Shown: positions 9,064 to 18,947 of the stretch, in pieces
How the letters are laid out: every line of letters starts with the position of its first letter
Numbering within the stretch: the first letter of the stretch is position 1
NCBI GenBank assembly: GCA_041742075.1
Contig: JBGSJJ010000016.1
Span: 19,128-83,127, forward strand
Reading direction: 5' to 3'
Origin: Minisyncoccia bacterium
GTDB lineage: Bacteria > Patescibacteriota > Minisyncoccia > Phycocordibacterales > UBA918
Length of the DNA stretch: 64,000 nucleotides
Notes under the pieces: generated by a model
What the model was told of the DNA's origin: nothing
Databases searched by the model: none
The model's input: the letters and a program-made list of their open reading frames with translations, nothing else
Translations under genes and position numbers: made by a program

Positions 9064-10362
9064 TTAAATCGGTGAAAGGTAATCGAGCGGATCAAGGTAG
9101 GCTTCGATACCGGCAAATGGTGACAGAGCTGCACCACAACCAGTCACACTCTTGAACTGATTAAAAGCCATCACTTGTACACCAGCACTTACATACAGCG
9201 TGTAGTGAAGGTGTGGTCCGGTTGAGTAACCGGTGTTGCCTACATACCCGACAATGTCACCCGTCTTCACTTCTTGGCCAACCGAGACCGCTACCTGGCT
9301 TTGGTGCGCAAACATAGAAGAGAGACCATTTGGGTGGTCAATTAGTATCCACTTCCCCCATGAGTAACAACCAGGCACAATGTCAGTGTTGCCGACACTG
9401 CGTACACGACCACTTAAGGGCGCATAGATAGGAGTACCTACCGGTGCCCCGAGGTCAAGCCCGTTGTGCTGGTTACCGTTGTAGGCACCAGAGGCGGCAA
9501 AGGCGGTATACCCGAAGCGTTGAGTAATAATCGGATTTGCTACCGGCCACGCCAGTACCCCACTTCCCTTTACCGGGATGGTGTTCGGGTCAAGAATAAA
9601 CTTAATCTTTGATTCAATGTCACGCACTTCAGCGAGGAGTTGATCACGGGCTGATTGCTTATCTTTGAGTATTTGTTGATATGACGCCTCTTCATTTTTC
9701 GTGGCTGAGAGTAGTTGTGACTTCTCAGCTTTATTACTGGAAAGAATACTTTGTTGGTCACTATACTGGTCCTTAAGCGAAAGAAGCTGGTCGCGTTGTT
9801 TGGCGTTTAGTTCGCGATTGTTTAAGAGCGCACTCTTAAGGTCGCCTAGTTCATCTACCTTATCTCCCATACTGGCGCGTACGGTTTCAAGTGACTCAAA
9901 AGCTTCCCAGAAATCGACGATACTATTGTACCGAAGCATTACTTCGATAAGAGATTCATCACTTGCCACATTCATCTGCCTAATGATATGACGGATAGTT
10001 TCTTCATTGGCTCTAATAGACTTCTCTGTTTCAGAAATCTCATAGGAAATTTTACCAATAGTTAAATCAGTGGATTCAATTTTGTTTTCAGTGAACTTTA
10101 TGTCGGCTTCGATTTTCTTACGTTCAAGCTCTAGCTGGTTGATGGCTTTCTGGAGAGTATTTTTTTCAGCGCCTACTTCAAGCAAGGCAGATTCATACTG
10201 AGCAATTTCTTTCTGAATTTCGAGCAAGCGATTGTTGCGATCAGAAATTTGGCTTTGGAGTTTTTCGACTTCAGTTTGGGCAAAGGCAAAAGACCCACCG
10301 AAATAAAAAGCCGGAACAACCAGTAAGCCACATATAAAACCTGCGTATATTCTCGCCTTCAT
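9064..10362 (-). CDS. Peptidase M23 family protein with an N-terminal signal/TM segment and a long coiled coil (EnvC/NlpD-like murein hydrolase or activator).
   Basis: 'NGLDLGAPVGTPIYAPLSGRV' and 'GNTGYSTGPHLHYTLY' are M23 HxxxD / HxH motifs. Heptad-rich N-terminal half. The start overlaps the gltX stop (TAATG). Confidence 0.85.
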   Translation of the reverse strand: MKARIYAGFICGLLVVPAFYFGGSFAFAQTEVEKLQSQISDRNNRLLEIQKEIAQYESALLEVGAEKNTLQKAINQLELERKKIEADIKFTENKIESTDLTIGKISYEISETEKSIRANEETIRHIIRQMNVASDESLIEVMLRYNSIVDFWEAFESLETVRASMGDKVDELGDLKSALLNNRELNAKQRDQLLSLKDQYSDQQSILSSNKAEKSQLLSATKNEEASYQQILKDKQSARDQLLAEVRDIESKIKFILDPNTIPVKGSGVLAWPVANPIITQRFGYTAFAASGAYNGNQHNGLDLGAPVGTPIYAPLSGRVRSVGNTDIVPGCYSWGKWILIDHPNGLSSMFAHQSQVAVSVGQEVKTGDIVGYVGNTGYSTGPHLHYTLYVSAGVQVMAFNQFKSVTGCGAALSPFAGIEAYLDPLDYLSPI

Positions 10363-11822
10363 TACTCCCCTATTTTAACACAGGCAGTCTCTATCCGAGC
10401 CATTGTCTGTGATTTACCTAGGATAAAGGCCACGGTAAACGGGTCAGGTGACTGGGCTTTACCGGTTAAACTAACGCGAAGTGGCCAGAGGAGCTCCCCT
10501 TTACCCACTGTTTCGGCCAAAGGCCACAAACTTGCCTTTAGAGTGTCCGGTGAGCTGAAATCAGCTGTTTTTAGGACCTCAAGCGCTTCTTTAAGGCGCG
10601 GTATGACATCTTGAGTTGAAGCATCATTTTTCCACTTTATCTGTTCCGGATTCTGCTCGGGTTCTGTAAAAACCCAGTCGTACTCCCCTGCTTCGAGCTC
10701 GGTCGTTACTTCAGCTCGGGTGTGCGTTCGTTCACGTAGGGTTGGCACGAGACGAAGAAGTACGTCATCACTATACAAAGAACTAGTTTTAATTTTTTCA
10801 GGAATGCCCGAAAGAATGTACGTTAAAAATTCTTCATGAGAGTATTTTTGTAAGTATTCTTTGTTCATCCAGAGGAGCTTGTCTTCATTAAACGCTCCCC
10901 CACCGCGCTGGATTTTATCAATGGAAAATGCAGTGATAAGTTCGTCTTTTGAAAATAGCTCTTGTTCGGTGCCCGGGTTCCAGCCAATGAGGGCCAAGAA
11001 GTTTATCATTGTTTCAGGTAGGTAGCCTTCAGTTCTGTATTCAAGAACATCTTTTGCGCCGTCACGTTTGCCTAGTTTCTTGGTACGGTCGTCACGAAGT
11101 ATTGGAGGTAATGAAACAAACACTGGGTATGGAATACCAAGAGCGTCGTAAATTGAGAGAAACTTCGGCACACTCGAAATGAACTCATCACCACGCACTA
11201 CATGAGTAACTCCCATTTCAAGGTCATCTATGATGTGGGCAAAGTTATAGGTTGGGTACCCGTCAGCTTTGATAAGGATGATATCGTCAAGCATCTCCGG
11301 ACCAGCTGATAGTTCACCTCGAACTGCGTCAATCCAGGTATAGCGTTTTACCTCAGGTACTTTAAGTCGAAGGGCTTTGGTACCGTCCCATGCTTCGAAC
11401 TCTGCTGGGCGGTGGTCTCGAAATAGAAATGGTCGCTTTTCGGCTTCGGCTTGTGCTCTAAAGGCATCGAGCTCTTCTTGCGAATAGGGGTCAGGATACG
11501 CAAGACCTTTTTGTATGAGTGATTTTGCATACTCTCGATATCTATCAAGTCGCTCTGATTGAATGTTTGATCCCCATGGACCAGGATTTTTTGGTCCATA
11601 GTCAAACTCAATACCAAGCCAACTAAGTGCTTCAATAACGTGGTCGATTGAACCCTCTACCTCACGACTTTTATCAGTATCTTCAATACGCAGTATAAAT
11701 GTACCGTTGTTTTGACGAGCTAGTAGGTATGCAAAAAGTGCTGTTCGCATTCCACCGATATGCTGAAAACCCGTCGGTGACGGAGCGAAGCGGGTTACTA
11801 CTTTTGAATTTATTTCTGGCAT
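10362..11822 (-). CDS. gltX: Glutamyl-tRNA synthetase.
   Basis: 'VVTRFAPSPTGFQHIGGMRTALF' is the class I HIGH region of GluRS. The start is ATG at 11822; a GTG at 11849 is the alternative. Confidence 0.9.
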   Translation of the reverse strand: MPEINSKVVTRFAPSPTGFQHIGGMRTALFAYLLARQNNGTFILRIEDTDKSREVEGSIDHVIEALSWLGIEFDYGPKNPGPWGSNIQSERLDRYREYAKSLIQKGLAYPDPYSQEELDAFRAQAEAEKRPFLFRDHRPAEFEAWDGTKALRLKVPEVKRYTWIDAVRGELSAGPEMLDDIILIKADGYPTYNFAHIIDDLEMGVTHVVRGDEFISSVPKFLSIYDALGIPYPVFVSLPPILRDDRTKKLGKRDGAKDVLEYRTEGYLPETMINFLALIGWNPGTEQELFSKDELITAFSIDKIQRGGGAFNEDKLLWMNKEYLQKYSHEEFLTYILSGIPEKIKTSSLYSDDVLLRLVPTLRERTHTRAEVTTELEAGEYDWVFTEPEQNPEQIKWKNDASTQDVIPRLKEALEVLKTADFSSPDTLKASLWPLAETVGKGELLWPLRVSLTGKAQSPDPFTVAFILGKSQTMARIETACVKIGE

Positions 11823-11988
11823 GATATAGGTAATACTTTTTTCAAACACTTACGGTGGTCCCAATATGAGTATGGTCAAAACAGTCTAAGACAAGGCGTG
11901 GGCAACCGAGAAGTGTAGGCGTATTTAAAATACGACGGAACGACGAGGTGGGACCCACAACGCAGTATTAGTCTGTTTTGGACATACT

Positions 11989-13110
11989 CTAGGCGTGTTC
12001 GTTGGCAATTTCGACTATAATTGCAACAATTTTCTCCGCCGCATCCCCCTTGATAAACGCCCCCGCAGCTGTCGCCATACTCGCGTAGTGCTCGCGATTG
12101 TTTAGTATATTCAAAATCTCGGTTGTGAGCAAACCGTCAGTCAAGTTCCCCTCTTCAAGTACATGAGCAGCTCCGGTACGCGCATAAGAATAGGCGTTTG
12201 TGCGCTGGTCATGACTAACAGACTCAGGAATCGGAATCAGAATAGACGGACGCTGTTTATAGGCGATTTCAAAGATGCTGCCGGCGCCAGCTCTTGAGAT
12301 AACCAGAGTGGCCGCTGATTGAGCTAAGTTCATCTCGGTATTGGTAAGCGAACCTTTCACAAAGTAACGACCAAGGAGCGTTTCGTCCTTGATAAGGGGT
12401 ATCGCTGTTGCCCTGACTCTCTCCTCAGCGTCGCTACCAGTTTGGTGCAAAATGGTGAAATGCGGGAGTAGTTCATCAAGTGACTGCAGAATGAGCATAT
12501 TGAGACGTTCGGCTCCGAGTGAACCACCGGTCACAAACAAGAGTGGCTTATCGGTAGGCAGACCAAGCTGTTCAGCCGGTCTGTCAACGGCCATAGTGAT
12601 TTCAGTGCGGAGCGGTACCCCGGTTAAGGCAGTTTTCTCCGGCGGAAAAAACTCGGCTACTTCAGGAAACGAAATAGCAATGTAGCGAGCAAACCGACCA
12701 GCGATTTTGTTCGCAATACCAGGTCGACTGTCTGACTCGTGAACGACAACTGGTATCCGCAGAAACCAAGCAGCCAAGGTTACTGGCACACTGGTGTACC
12801 CACCTTTGCTAAAGATAACGTCGGGATAGAGCGAGTAGAGTTTGCCAATGGCTACAAAAATCCCATAAAAGGTGGTGAAGTAGTCCAAGTAATTCTGCAA
12901 TGAAAAGTACCGTCGCTTCTTCCCTGCCGGGCAGTAGATGTAGGTTATCTGGTATGCATCAAGGTCAGCCTGCTTATAGGGATCAGGACCCATGTAGTAC
13001 AGCTCAATTTCGTTACTGATTTCACTATGGAGTCGGATGTGTTGGGCCACGGCAATCAAGGGGTGGAAGTGACCACCCGTACCGCCACCGACTAAAAGAA
13101 TACGCTTCAT
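11989..13110 (-). CDS. murG: UDP-N-acetylglucosamine--N-acetylmuramyl-(pentapeptide) pyrophosphoryl-undecaprenol N-acetylglucosamine transferase.
   Basis: 'MKRILLVGGGTGGHFHPLIAV' is the MurG N-terminal G-loop. GT28 C-terminal domain. Confidence 0.9.
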   Translation of the reverse strand: MKRILLVGGGTGGHFHPLIAVAQHIRLHSEISNEIELYYMGPDPYKQADLDAYQITYIYCPAGKKRRYFSLQNYLDYFTTFYGIFVAIGKLYSLYPDVIFSKGGYTSVPVTLAAWFLRIPVVVHESDSRPGIANKIAGRFARYIAISFPEVAEFFPPEKTALTGVPLRTEITMAVDRPAEQLGLPTDKPLLFVTGGSLGAERLNMLILQSLDELLPHFTILHQTGSDAEERVRATAIPLIKDETLLGRYFVKGSLTNTEMNLAQSAATLVISRAGAGSIFEIAYKQRPSILIPIPESVSHDQRTNAYSYARTGAAHVLEEGNLTDGLLTTEILNILNNREHYASMATAAGAFIKGDAAEKIVAIIVEIANEHA

Positions 13111-13143
13111 AAATTACTTACGTTTGATGTATTGTAGCACGCA

Positions 13144-14250
13144 CTATGGGTTACGCTTCTGATATTTTGACACATTGAGTACAATCCCCACCGAAGCGAG
13201 TGTGGTTAAAAGCGCCGTCCCGCCATGACTAATAAACGGGAGCGGTAGTCCCATGAGTGGTGCAATGTTTATCATGGACGCGATGTTTAAAAAAGCCTGC
13301 ACGACTATTAGTGTCATAAAGCCCACAACAAGAAGCATGCCAAATAAGTCAGTAGCGTGTGAAGCTATCCGGTAGCCCCGAAAGGTAAAGGCTGCAAAGA
13401 GTGCAATTAAAAAGGTGCTACCCAAAAACCCAAACTCTTCTGAGTACACCGCAAAAATTGAGTCGCCGATTGGTTCAGGTAAAAACTCAAACTTCTGCAC
13501 GCTCTGGCCAAATCCCCTACCAGCAAATCCGCCAGTACCCACTGCGATTAATGATTGTTGTATTTGGTAACTCGAGCCGAGCGTGTCTTGGTTGGGGTTA
13601 AAAAAAGTGGTAAAGCGTTCCATGACGTATGGTCGCATGAAGGCCAGGACAGTGATTAAGATAACAGCCGAGAGGACGATCAGGGCAATGTCTCGAAAGC
13701 GAGCCCCAGCGGTAAAAAACATAGCCATGGCCGCAATACCCATCAGTACAAAGGTATCAGTGTCTGGTTGCTTAAGGAGTATTACGCCGATGACACCGGT
13801 AATACCGACAAAAGGCAATACTCCGTGCGTGAGCGAATGGATGTTTTTTTGCACTCCAGACAGAAAGGTGGCCATATAGATGATGAAACCAATCTTAAGC
13901 AGTTCGGCTGGTTGCATGGTAAACCCGCCAAGTGATATCCAACGACTTGCTCCGCCGTGCGAAAAGCCAATGCCTGGTACAAACACCAAAAGTGTTAGAA
14001 CAATGCACGCTAAAAATATGTAAAAGGCATACTTTCGGAGGTGTCGATAATGAATCTGACTCGTTAAAAAGAGTGCACAACTCCCCCCAATAATACCAAA
14101 CACGAGCTGACTAAACGCCACCGAAGAAAAAGAGGCTCCTTCACGCGCCAAGAGTCCCAGGGAAGCTGAGGTAAAAATTAAAAACCCAATCACGGTCAGG
14201 GCAATAATGATACCGAGGAGGGTTCTATCAATTGGATGTGGAGTGTTCAT
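13144..14250 (-). CDS. ftsW: SEDS family peptidoglycan polymerase (FtsW/RodA).
   Basis: About ten TM segments. 'GASRWISLGGFTMQPAELLK' is conserved in SEDS proteins. Confidence 0.85.
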   Translation of the reverse strand: MNTPHPIDRTLLGIIIALTVIGFLIFTSASLGLLAREGASFSSVAFSQLVFGIIGGSCALFLTSQIHYRHLRKYAFYIFLACIVLTLLVFVPGIGFSHGGASRWISLGGFTMQPAELLKIGFIIYMATFLSGVQKNIHSLTHGVLPFVGITGVIGVILLKQPDTDTFVLMGIAAMAMFFTAGARFRDIALIVLSAVILITVLAFMRPYVMERFTTFFNPNQDTLGSSYQIQQSLIAVGTGGFAGRGFGQSVQKFEFLPEPIGDSIFAVYSEEFGFLGSTFLIALFAAFTFRGYRIASHATDLFGMLLVVGFMTLIVVQAFLNIASMINIAPLMGLPLPFISHGGTALLTTLASVGIVLNVSKYQKRNP

Positions 14251-14254
14251 AGCT

Positions 14255-15316
14255 TTACGCGATTGAAGCTAGGGCAATACCAATAATGGCGCAGATAATG
14301 CTTATGACCCAGTAGCGCATAGTCACCTTATAGGGTGGCCAACCAATCGCTTCAAAGTGGTGATGGAGTGGTGCAATTCTAAAAAACTTTTTACCCGTCA
14401 CTTTGCGATACCCAATCTGTATGACGTTCGAGGCAACGGTAGCAATAAGCGGTAATCCAATAATCGCAAAGAGGGCTATCCCGTGCCCGTTGCCTAAATT
14501 GTCAGTCATAAACACCACGACCGCCAGCGTGAGCGTGAGCGCCATACTGCCGGTTTCGGTCATCCAAAACCGGGCGGGTGGAATATTGAACCAGAGAAAC
14601 GCTAAGATGGCTCCGGCGATGGTGGCCGAAAAAGCGGCTAAGTCATACTGTGACTGAATAAACGCTACTCCGGTGTAGGCGCCAAACACTGCTACAAAGA
14701 CCCCACCGGAGAGTCCATCTATCCCGTCTATAACGCCACTGGCATAGAGAGCATTCGTCAGCAAAATAAAAAACGGAATAATCAGTATACCGATAAATAA
14801 TTCCCCACCAAACGGTATACCGATACTCGATACGTCGAGCTTGAAGTAAAACCAGGAGGCTATCATGGTTGCTAAGACTGTTACAAACACAATCCGCGTA
14901 CGCAAACGAATCCCCTTTCCCATATGGGTAACGTCGTAGTAATCGTTTATAAAACCAACAAACGCTCCGATAAAAAGAACCGATAGTGGTATCCAGGTCT
15001 GAGAACGGCTAAAAAAATCGAGTTGCGCAAAAATACTTTCTGGGAAGATTTGCTTCAAACTAAAGAGTAAGAAGACGGTAATAAAGACACTCCCCCAAAT
15101 GACGATGCCACCCATGCGGGGAGTGCGAGTCTCCTCTTCCCCTTTGATACGATTAAACTCGGTTGCCACGTGTCCGCCAACTGCAATTTTTCCGCCCACT
15201 TTTTTCCAAACCTTATAGTGGTACAAATAATGAGTAATAAGCGGAGTGAGTAAGATACCAACACAAAATGCAATCGCGGTTGGAGCAAACACCTTAACTA
15301 AAAGAATCGATTCCAT
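14255..15316 (-). CDS. mraY: Phospho-N-acetylmuramoyl-pentapeptide transferase.
   Basis: 'TPRMGGIVIW' and the multi-TM pattern are typical of MraY. The probable start is ATG at 15316; the track ORF extends to 15358. Confidence 0.85.
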   Translation of the reverse strand: MESILLVKVFAPTAIAFCVGILLTPLITHYLYHYKVWKKVGGKIAVGGHVATEFNRIKGEEETRTPRMGGIVIWGSVFITVFLLFSLKQIFPESIFAQLDFFSRSQTWIPLSVLFIGAFVGFINDYYDVTHMGKGIRLRTRIVFVTVLATMIASWFYFKLDVSSIGIPFGGELFIGILIIPFFILLTNALYASGVIDGIDGLSGGVFVAVFGAYTGVAFIQSQYDLAAFSATIAGAILAFLWFNIPPARFWMTETGSMALTLTLAVVVFMTDNLGNGHGIALFAIIGLPLIATVASNVIQIGYRKVTGKKFFRIAPLHHHFEAIGWPPYKVTMRYWVISIICAIIGIALASIA

Positions 15317-15317
15317 A

Positions 15318-16352
15318 TTATTCAGTCTGACCGGCGAGTAGTTTATTAGTTGTTTCAAGTAGTTCTATCACGTCGGTGAAACGATCGTACTGGGTAGAAC
15401 CCAGCGCCACGATGACAATCGGTCGATTGAGACCAGCGTCATAGGCTACGACGAGGTTCCCTCCCGCCAAGTCGGTATAGCCAGTTTTTGAACCCAAGAG
15501 ACCAGGGATTTCATCAATAAAGAAGTTAGTATTTTCTGCGTCAACATACTCCCCATTGTCAGCAAATATACGGGCGTTTGGGTCTTGGGTGAGCGCTAGT
15601 ATTTCCGGCTCATGCTTAAGAATGTACTCCATTAAAAAGGCCACATCTTTAGCTGAGCCATAGCCCCCCGCTTCGCTACTTGAGACATCAAGACCAGTCG
15701 GATTATTAAACCGCATACCAGTAAGACCAATCTCTTCAGCGCGGACATTCATAGCTGCGACAAAGGCCTGAGGGGCACTTTCGGTCTGTAGTTGTCTACC
15801 AGCAGTGGCAGCCAGCGCATAGGCGCCATCGTTTGAGGAAGCCATCATGACTAAATTTGTGAGAGCTTTCTGACTAAAAATAGTACCGACACCAAGACCA
15901 CTGGCACTTTCTTGACGTGAGGCTTCAGGACCAATGGTGACTTTGGCCTCTTCTGAAAGAAGTTCGTGCGCTACCAAGGCAGTCATGAGTTTCGTGAGTG
16001 ACGCCAGTGGTACGGACTCATTTTCATTTTTTGCGAAGAGGGCTTGTTGCGTAGTGATGTCCCACACAAAGGCTGAACTGGCAGTGATGTCAGTTTCTTG
16101 AAATGCCAACGCCTGCGCTTCTTTAGTGGTGCCACCAGGAAGGGCTGTTGGTGCACTTAAACTTGCTACGGCGAGGTTGGTGTCTTTGTTTTTTAGATAC
16201 GCCACGAGTGACGAAGTAAGCGCACCGCCAAGTAAGAGAAACAAAAGTGCACCTAAAATGAGGAGTTGAGGCTTTACGGGTATTCGAGAAACCGCTCCCG
16301 TTTCAGAAACAGTAGGTAGGACAATCGGTGAGTCAGTGTCGCGGAAATCCAT
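15318..16352 (-). CDS. D-alanyl-D-alanine carboxypeptidase (peptidase S11, PBP5/6-like).
   Basis: 'ASLTKLMTA' is the SxxK active-site motif. N-terminal TM anchor. Confidence 0.8.
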   Translation of the reverse strand: MDFRDTDSPIVLPTVSETGAVSRIPVKPQLLILGALLFLLLGGALTSSLVAYLKNKDTNLAVASLSAPTALPGGTTKEAQALAFQETDITASSAFVWDITTQQALFAKNENESVPLASLTKLMTALVAHELLSEEAKVTIGPEASRQESASGLGVGTIFSQKALTNLVMMASSNDGAYALAATAGRQLQTESAPQAFVAAMNVRAEEIGLTGMRFNNPTGLDVSSSEAGGYGSAKDVAFLMEYILKHEPEILALTQDPNARIFADNGEYVDAENTNFFIDEIPGLLGSKTGYTDLAGGNLVVAYDAGLNRPIVIVALGSTQYDRFTDVIELLETTNKLLAGQTE

Positions 16353-16354
16353 AT

Positions 16355-16888
16355 TTATTCTGATTCTTTTGCCAGTTGTACCTCAAACGCCTCGAGGGTG
16401 TCGAGGACTTTGGCGTACTCGGGTAGTTCAGCTTTTGTGGTAACTCCGAGGTGTGCCAAGAGAGCTGGCGTAACGGTAAACACATTCCCTTTCCCGACTT
16501 GTTCGCGCGCTACCAGTCCACGTACCAGGAGGTTGCGCAGAATGAACGCCGAGTTCACTCCGCGAATCCGGTCTATCTCGGCACGTGAGACAGGACCCTT
16601 ATAGAGCACAATGGCGAGCGTTTCCGCTCCCGCCTTCCCGATGTCGCGTTTCATTTCGTCACGACGAATACTTTCAATGAGTTGATCAAGTTCAGGTGCT
16701 GTCACTAGTTCGAGTTCGCTGTCAGTTATGAGTAGTCTGGTTGCTCCCGCTTGTAGCCTTGTTTGGAGTGACAAAGCAGAGGCTTTAATGTCGTCTTCAG
16801 TCACCGCAAACAGCTTCGCCAAAGCGACTATTTTAAGTGGGGTGGCTTTATAGAAAAGCAACCCTTCGATTTGGGTATCAAGTGGCAT
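16355..16888 (-). CDS. scpB: Segregation and condensation protein B.
   Basis: 'EGLLFYKATPLKIVALAKLF' together with the C-terminal winged-helix is typical of ScpB. The start is uncertain, 16888 or 16930. Confidence 0.7.
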   Translation of the reverse strand: MPLDTQIEGLLFYKATPLKIVALAKLFAVTEDDIKASALSLQTRLQAGATRLLITDSELELVTAPELDQLIESIRRDEMKRDIGKAGAETLAIVLYKGPVSRAEIDRIRGVNSAFILRNLLVRGLVAREQVGKGNVFTVTPALLAHLGVTTKAELPEYAKVLDTLEAFEVQLAKESE

Positions 16889-17053
16889 TCTTCGTACTAT
16901 AGCACAGAAAACACCACGTAAATAAGCCATTTTTTACCGTACCTGTTGACAAATCCGACTAGTCTTTGTCGAATGCTTGACAGGTATACGTAAGTATGCT
17001 ACTATAGATGTGTTGCGAGCCATGAGGGCACGTAACAAACACGGAGGCTACGA

Positions 17054-17200
17054 ATGAAGAGTCCCCCCGACCTGACCCACATGTGCAGCGAAGCGAAGAA
17101 TGTGCGCACCACCATCGGCCAGACCGGCGACCCGGGCGACAGCAAGCTCGACGTGACCTCGATCGACTACGGCGCGGGCGCCGCCCACCCCGAGACCTGA
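17054..17200 (+). CDS. Small acidic ORF (48 aa) inside an atypical GC-rich segment, with a strong SD.
   Basis: ACGGAGG lies 6 nt upstream of the ATG. About 65% GC against roughly 47% in flanking core genes. Not on the ORF track because it is under 60 aa. Confidence 0.25.
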   Translation: MKSPPDLTHMCSEAKNVRTTIGQTGDPGDSKLDVTSIDYGAGAAHPET

Positions 17201-17315
17201 CGGTCGACGGCGACTCGACGAGGCCGCGCATAAAGGCGAGATTTGATAGCGACCTGTTCGCATGACCAACCTCGGCCTTTCGCGGCCGCTTCTCGGCAGA
17301 TGACTGTCGAGAAAA

Positions 17316-17351
17316 AACGGAGGGGTTTGGCGCGACGCCAACCCCTCCAGC
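17316..17351 (-). terminator. Intrinsic terminator on the minus strand, inside the scpA-scpB intervening insert.
   Basis: Minus strand reads GGAGGGGTTGGCGTCGCGCCAAACCCCTCC (13-bp stem) followed by GTTTTTTCTC. Confidence 0.5.
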
Positions 17352-17567
17352 CACAATCGGCGCAACAGGGAGAGACTCCCATGAAGATGTTCCTTTGTAT
17401 ATAGTTTCCGTGTGACCGCGCAAGAGTGCGGGTAAAACGGAGCGCTGCCACAAGCAGCACGGTTGGCCAATCCGCGTATTGGCTGGGCGCAATTGTTAAC
17501 TCAATTGCGCTCTTTTCTATGTTATAAACTTACTTATCAATAGTGCAAAGATTCGTATGTATATGTA

Positions 17568-17628
17568 CAAGGCCGGACCTTGACCAGTCTAACTAGCTTT
17601 AACTTTGTTCAAAGTCCGGCCTTGACCG
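17568..17628. repeat. Two inverted copies of the REP-like palindromic element (CAAGGCCGGACCTTGACCAG).
   Basis: The element appears at 17568-17587 and, reversed and imperfect, at 17607-17628. The same element occurs at 34721-34745 and 35161-35185. Confidence 0.6.
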
Positions 17629-17709
17629 TTTGGGTGAGGAAGCATTTGACATTGATCAGACTCATGTGTTTACTTGTTGGTGGGAAAAGCGAACTGAAGG
17701 AGGTGACAG

Positions 17710-18001
17710 CATGGTTACTCAGGTAATTGGTTGTGAGGAATTGGTTCGGCGGGCCGTAGCCGGAAATGTCCTTAAGATACACATGTGTTCAGGATGCGTT
17801 TATTCGAGTAAAATCCTTGGGGTTACCGTGGACCAAGCTGGAGTAATGGTTTTTCAGCTTTGTGCGGATATGACTTCGTTTTCGATTCGAGCTGACGAAT
17901 GTCTCCATGCTGGCGGTACATTCCAAGCCACGCTTGGTAAGGAGCTCAGCTACCTCGGAAGGGATGTGTGCTATTTTAAACTAGTAGAGCCAACTGAATA
18001 A
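17710..18001 (+). CDS. Cys-rich hypothetical small protein (97 aa).
   Basis: GAAGGAGGT lies 6 nt before the ATG at 17710. Six Cys residues. Two hairpins follow the stop, the second (CCTAGCAA-CCC-TTGCTAGG) followed by ATTTTTT. Confidence 0.45.
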
Positions 18002-18069
18002 AATAACCAGGGTGTGCGCCCACTTGGGCGCACACAAAGCTGTTTCCTAGCAACCCTTGCTAGGATTTT

Positions 18070-18813
18070 TTAATGGTATTTAGGCAAACCTACTTTGTCT
18101 CGCTCTATCTCAATGTCCGCAAAGCGTTCTCGTTGTTCGGCGAGTATACTCCCCTGCTTGACTGATTCTAGGATAGCGAGAAAGCCCACAATCATATGAG
18201 TGCGTTCGGAAGAGTCTTCGAGGAGTTCCCGTAAGGTGGTCTTTAGTTGTTTTTCAATCCGTACGTGGAGACGAGCAATCATTTCTTCAATCGAGATGAC
18301 GGTGCGGACTTGCACTTTTGGTTTTACTTCTTTGACGGGAAGGTTGTGAAGTACATCATGTATGGCGGACTGCAAGCTTGCGAGCGTAGTGAAGTTGTCG
18401 GTTACAAACAGTGGTTCAGTGGGTGGTGTAAACTCTCGGCTATGCATGAGCTTCTTTCCAAAGCATTCGAGCACGAGCTTTCCGGCATCACGATAGATCT
18501 GGTAGAGGCGGAGCCTGGCTTCGAGGTCGTCTATCCCCGCTACTTCTTCATCGGTTAGTTCAAGGACTGGCAAAAGTGACTTTGACTTAATCAAAAGTAG
18601 TGTCGCAGCGAGTTGGACAAACTGCGTGGTGTTAGGAAGCGAACGTTCCTGCATTTCGCTGACGGTGCGAATATACTCATCAGTTACTTCAGCGAGGCTG
18701 ATGTCATTAATAAGTAGTTTCCGTCGCTCGACGAGGTCCAAAAGAAGTTCGAGCGGACCCTCAAACACAGCCGTTTTGATAGCAAAGGTTGGAATAGTGA
18801 CAATATCGTCCAT
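18070..18813 (-). CDS. scpA: Segregation and condensation protein A.
   Basis: 'FEGPLELLLDLVERRKLLINDISLAEVTDEYI' is the ScpA kleisin N-terminal signature. Confidence 0.8.
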   Translation of the reverse strand: MDDIVTIPTFAIKTAVFEGPLELLLDLVERRKLLINDISLAEVTDEYIRTVSEMQERSLPNTTQFVQLAATLLLIKSKSLLPVLELTDEEVAGIDDLEARLRLYQIYRDAGKLVLECFGKKLMHSREFTPPTEPLFVTDNFTTLASLQSAIHDVLHNLPVKEVKPKVQVRTVISIEEMIARLHVRIEKQLKTTLRELLEDSSERTHMIVGFLAILESVKQGSILAEQRERFADIEIERDKVGLPKYH

Positions 18814-18947
18814 ATTCTTTCAATAGTAGCATAATGAGTAACCACTATTTTGTGAGCAAAATAGGAAAAGTAAGGTACTTTTGACTTTAAGTATAATATA
18901 TGATATAGTCTTAGAGAAAAGTACACGTGAAATTGAAAGGATCCACA

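Noticed and set aside
17040-17480. GC-rich segment as RNase P RNA, tmRNA or SRP RNA.
   Set aside because: By eye I could not find the RNase P P4 strands (AGGAAAGTCCGGGC / ACAGAAACCCGGCTTA), a tmRNA tRNA-like 3' end or ANDENYALAA tag frame, or the SRP domain IV motif. A covariance-model search is still needed.
16959-17492. Minus-strand ORFs 16959..17492, 17048..17470 and 17167..17460 (97-177 aa).
   Set aside because: They lie wholly in the GC-rich segment, have Arg/Trp/Cys/Ala-rich compositions typical of random GC-rich frames, overlap one another and lack starts in good context. One of them would contain the 17316-17351 terminator hairpin.
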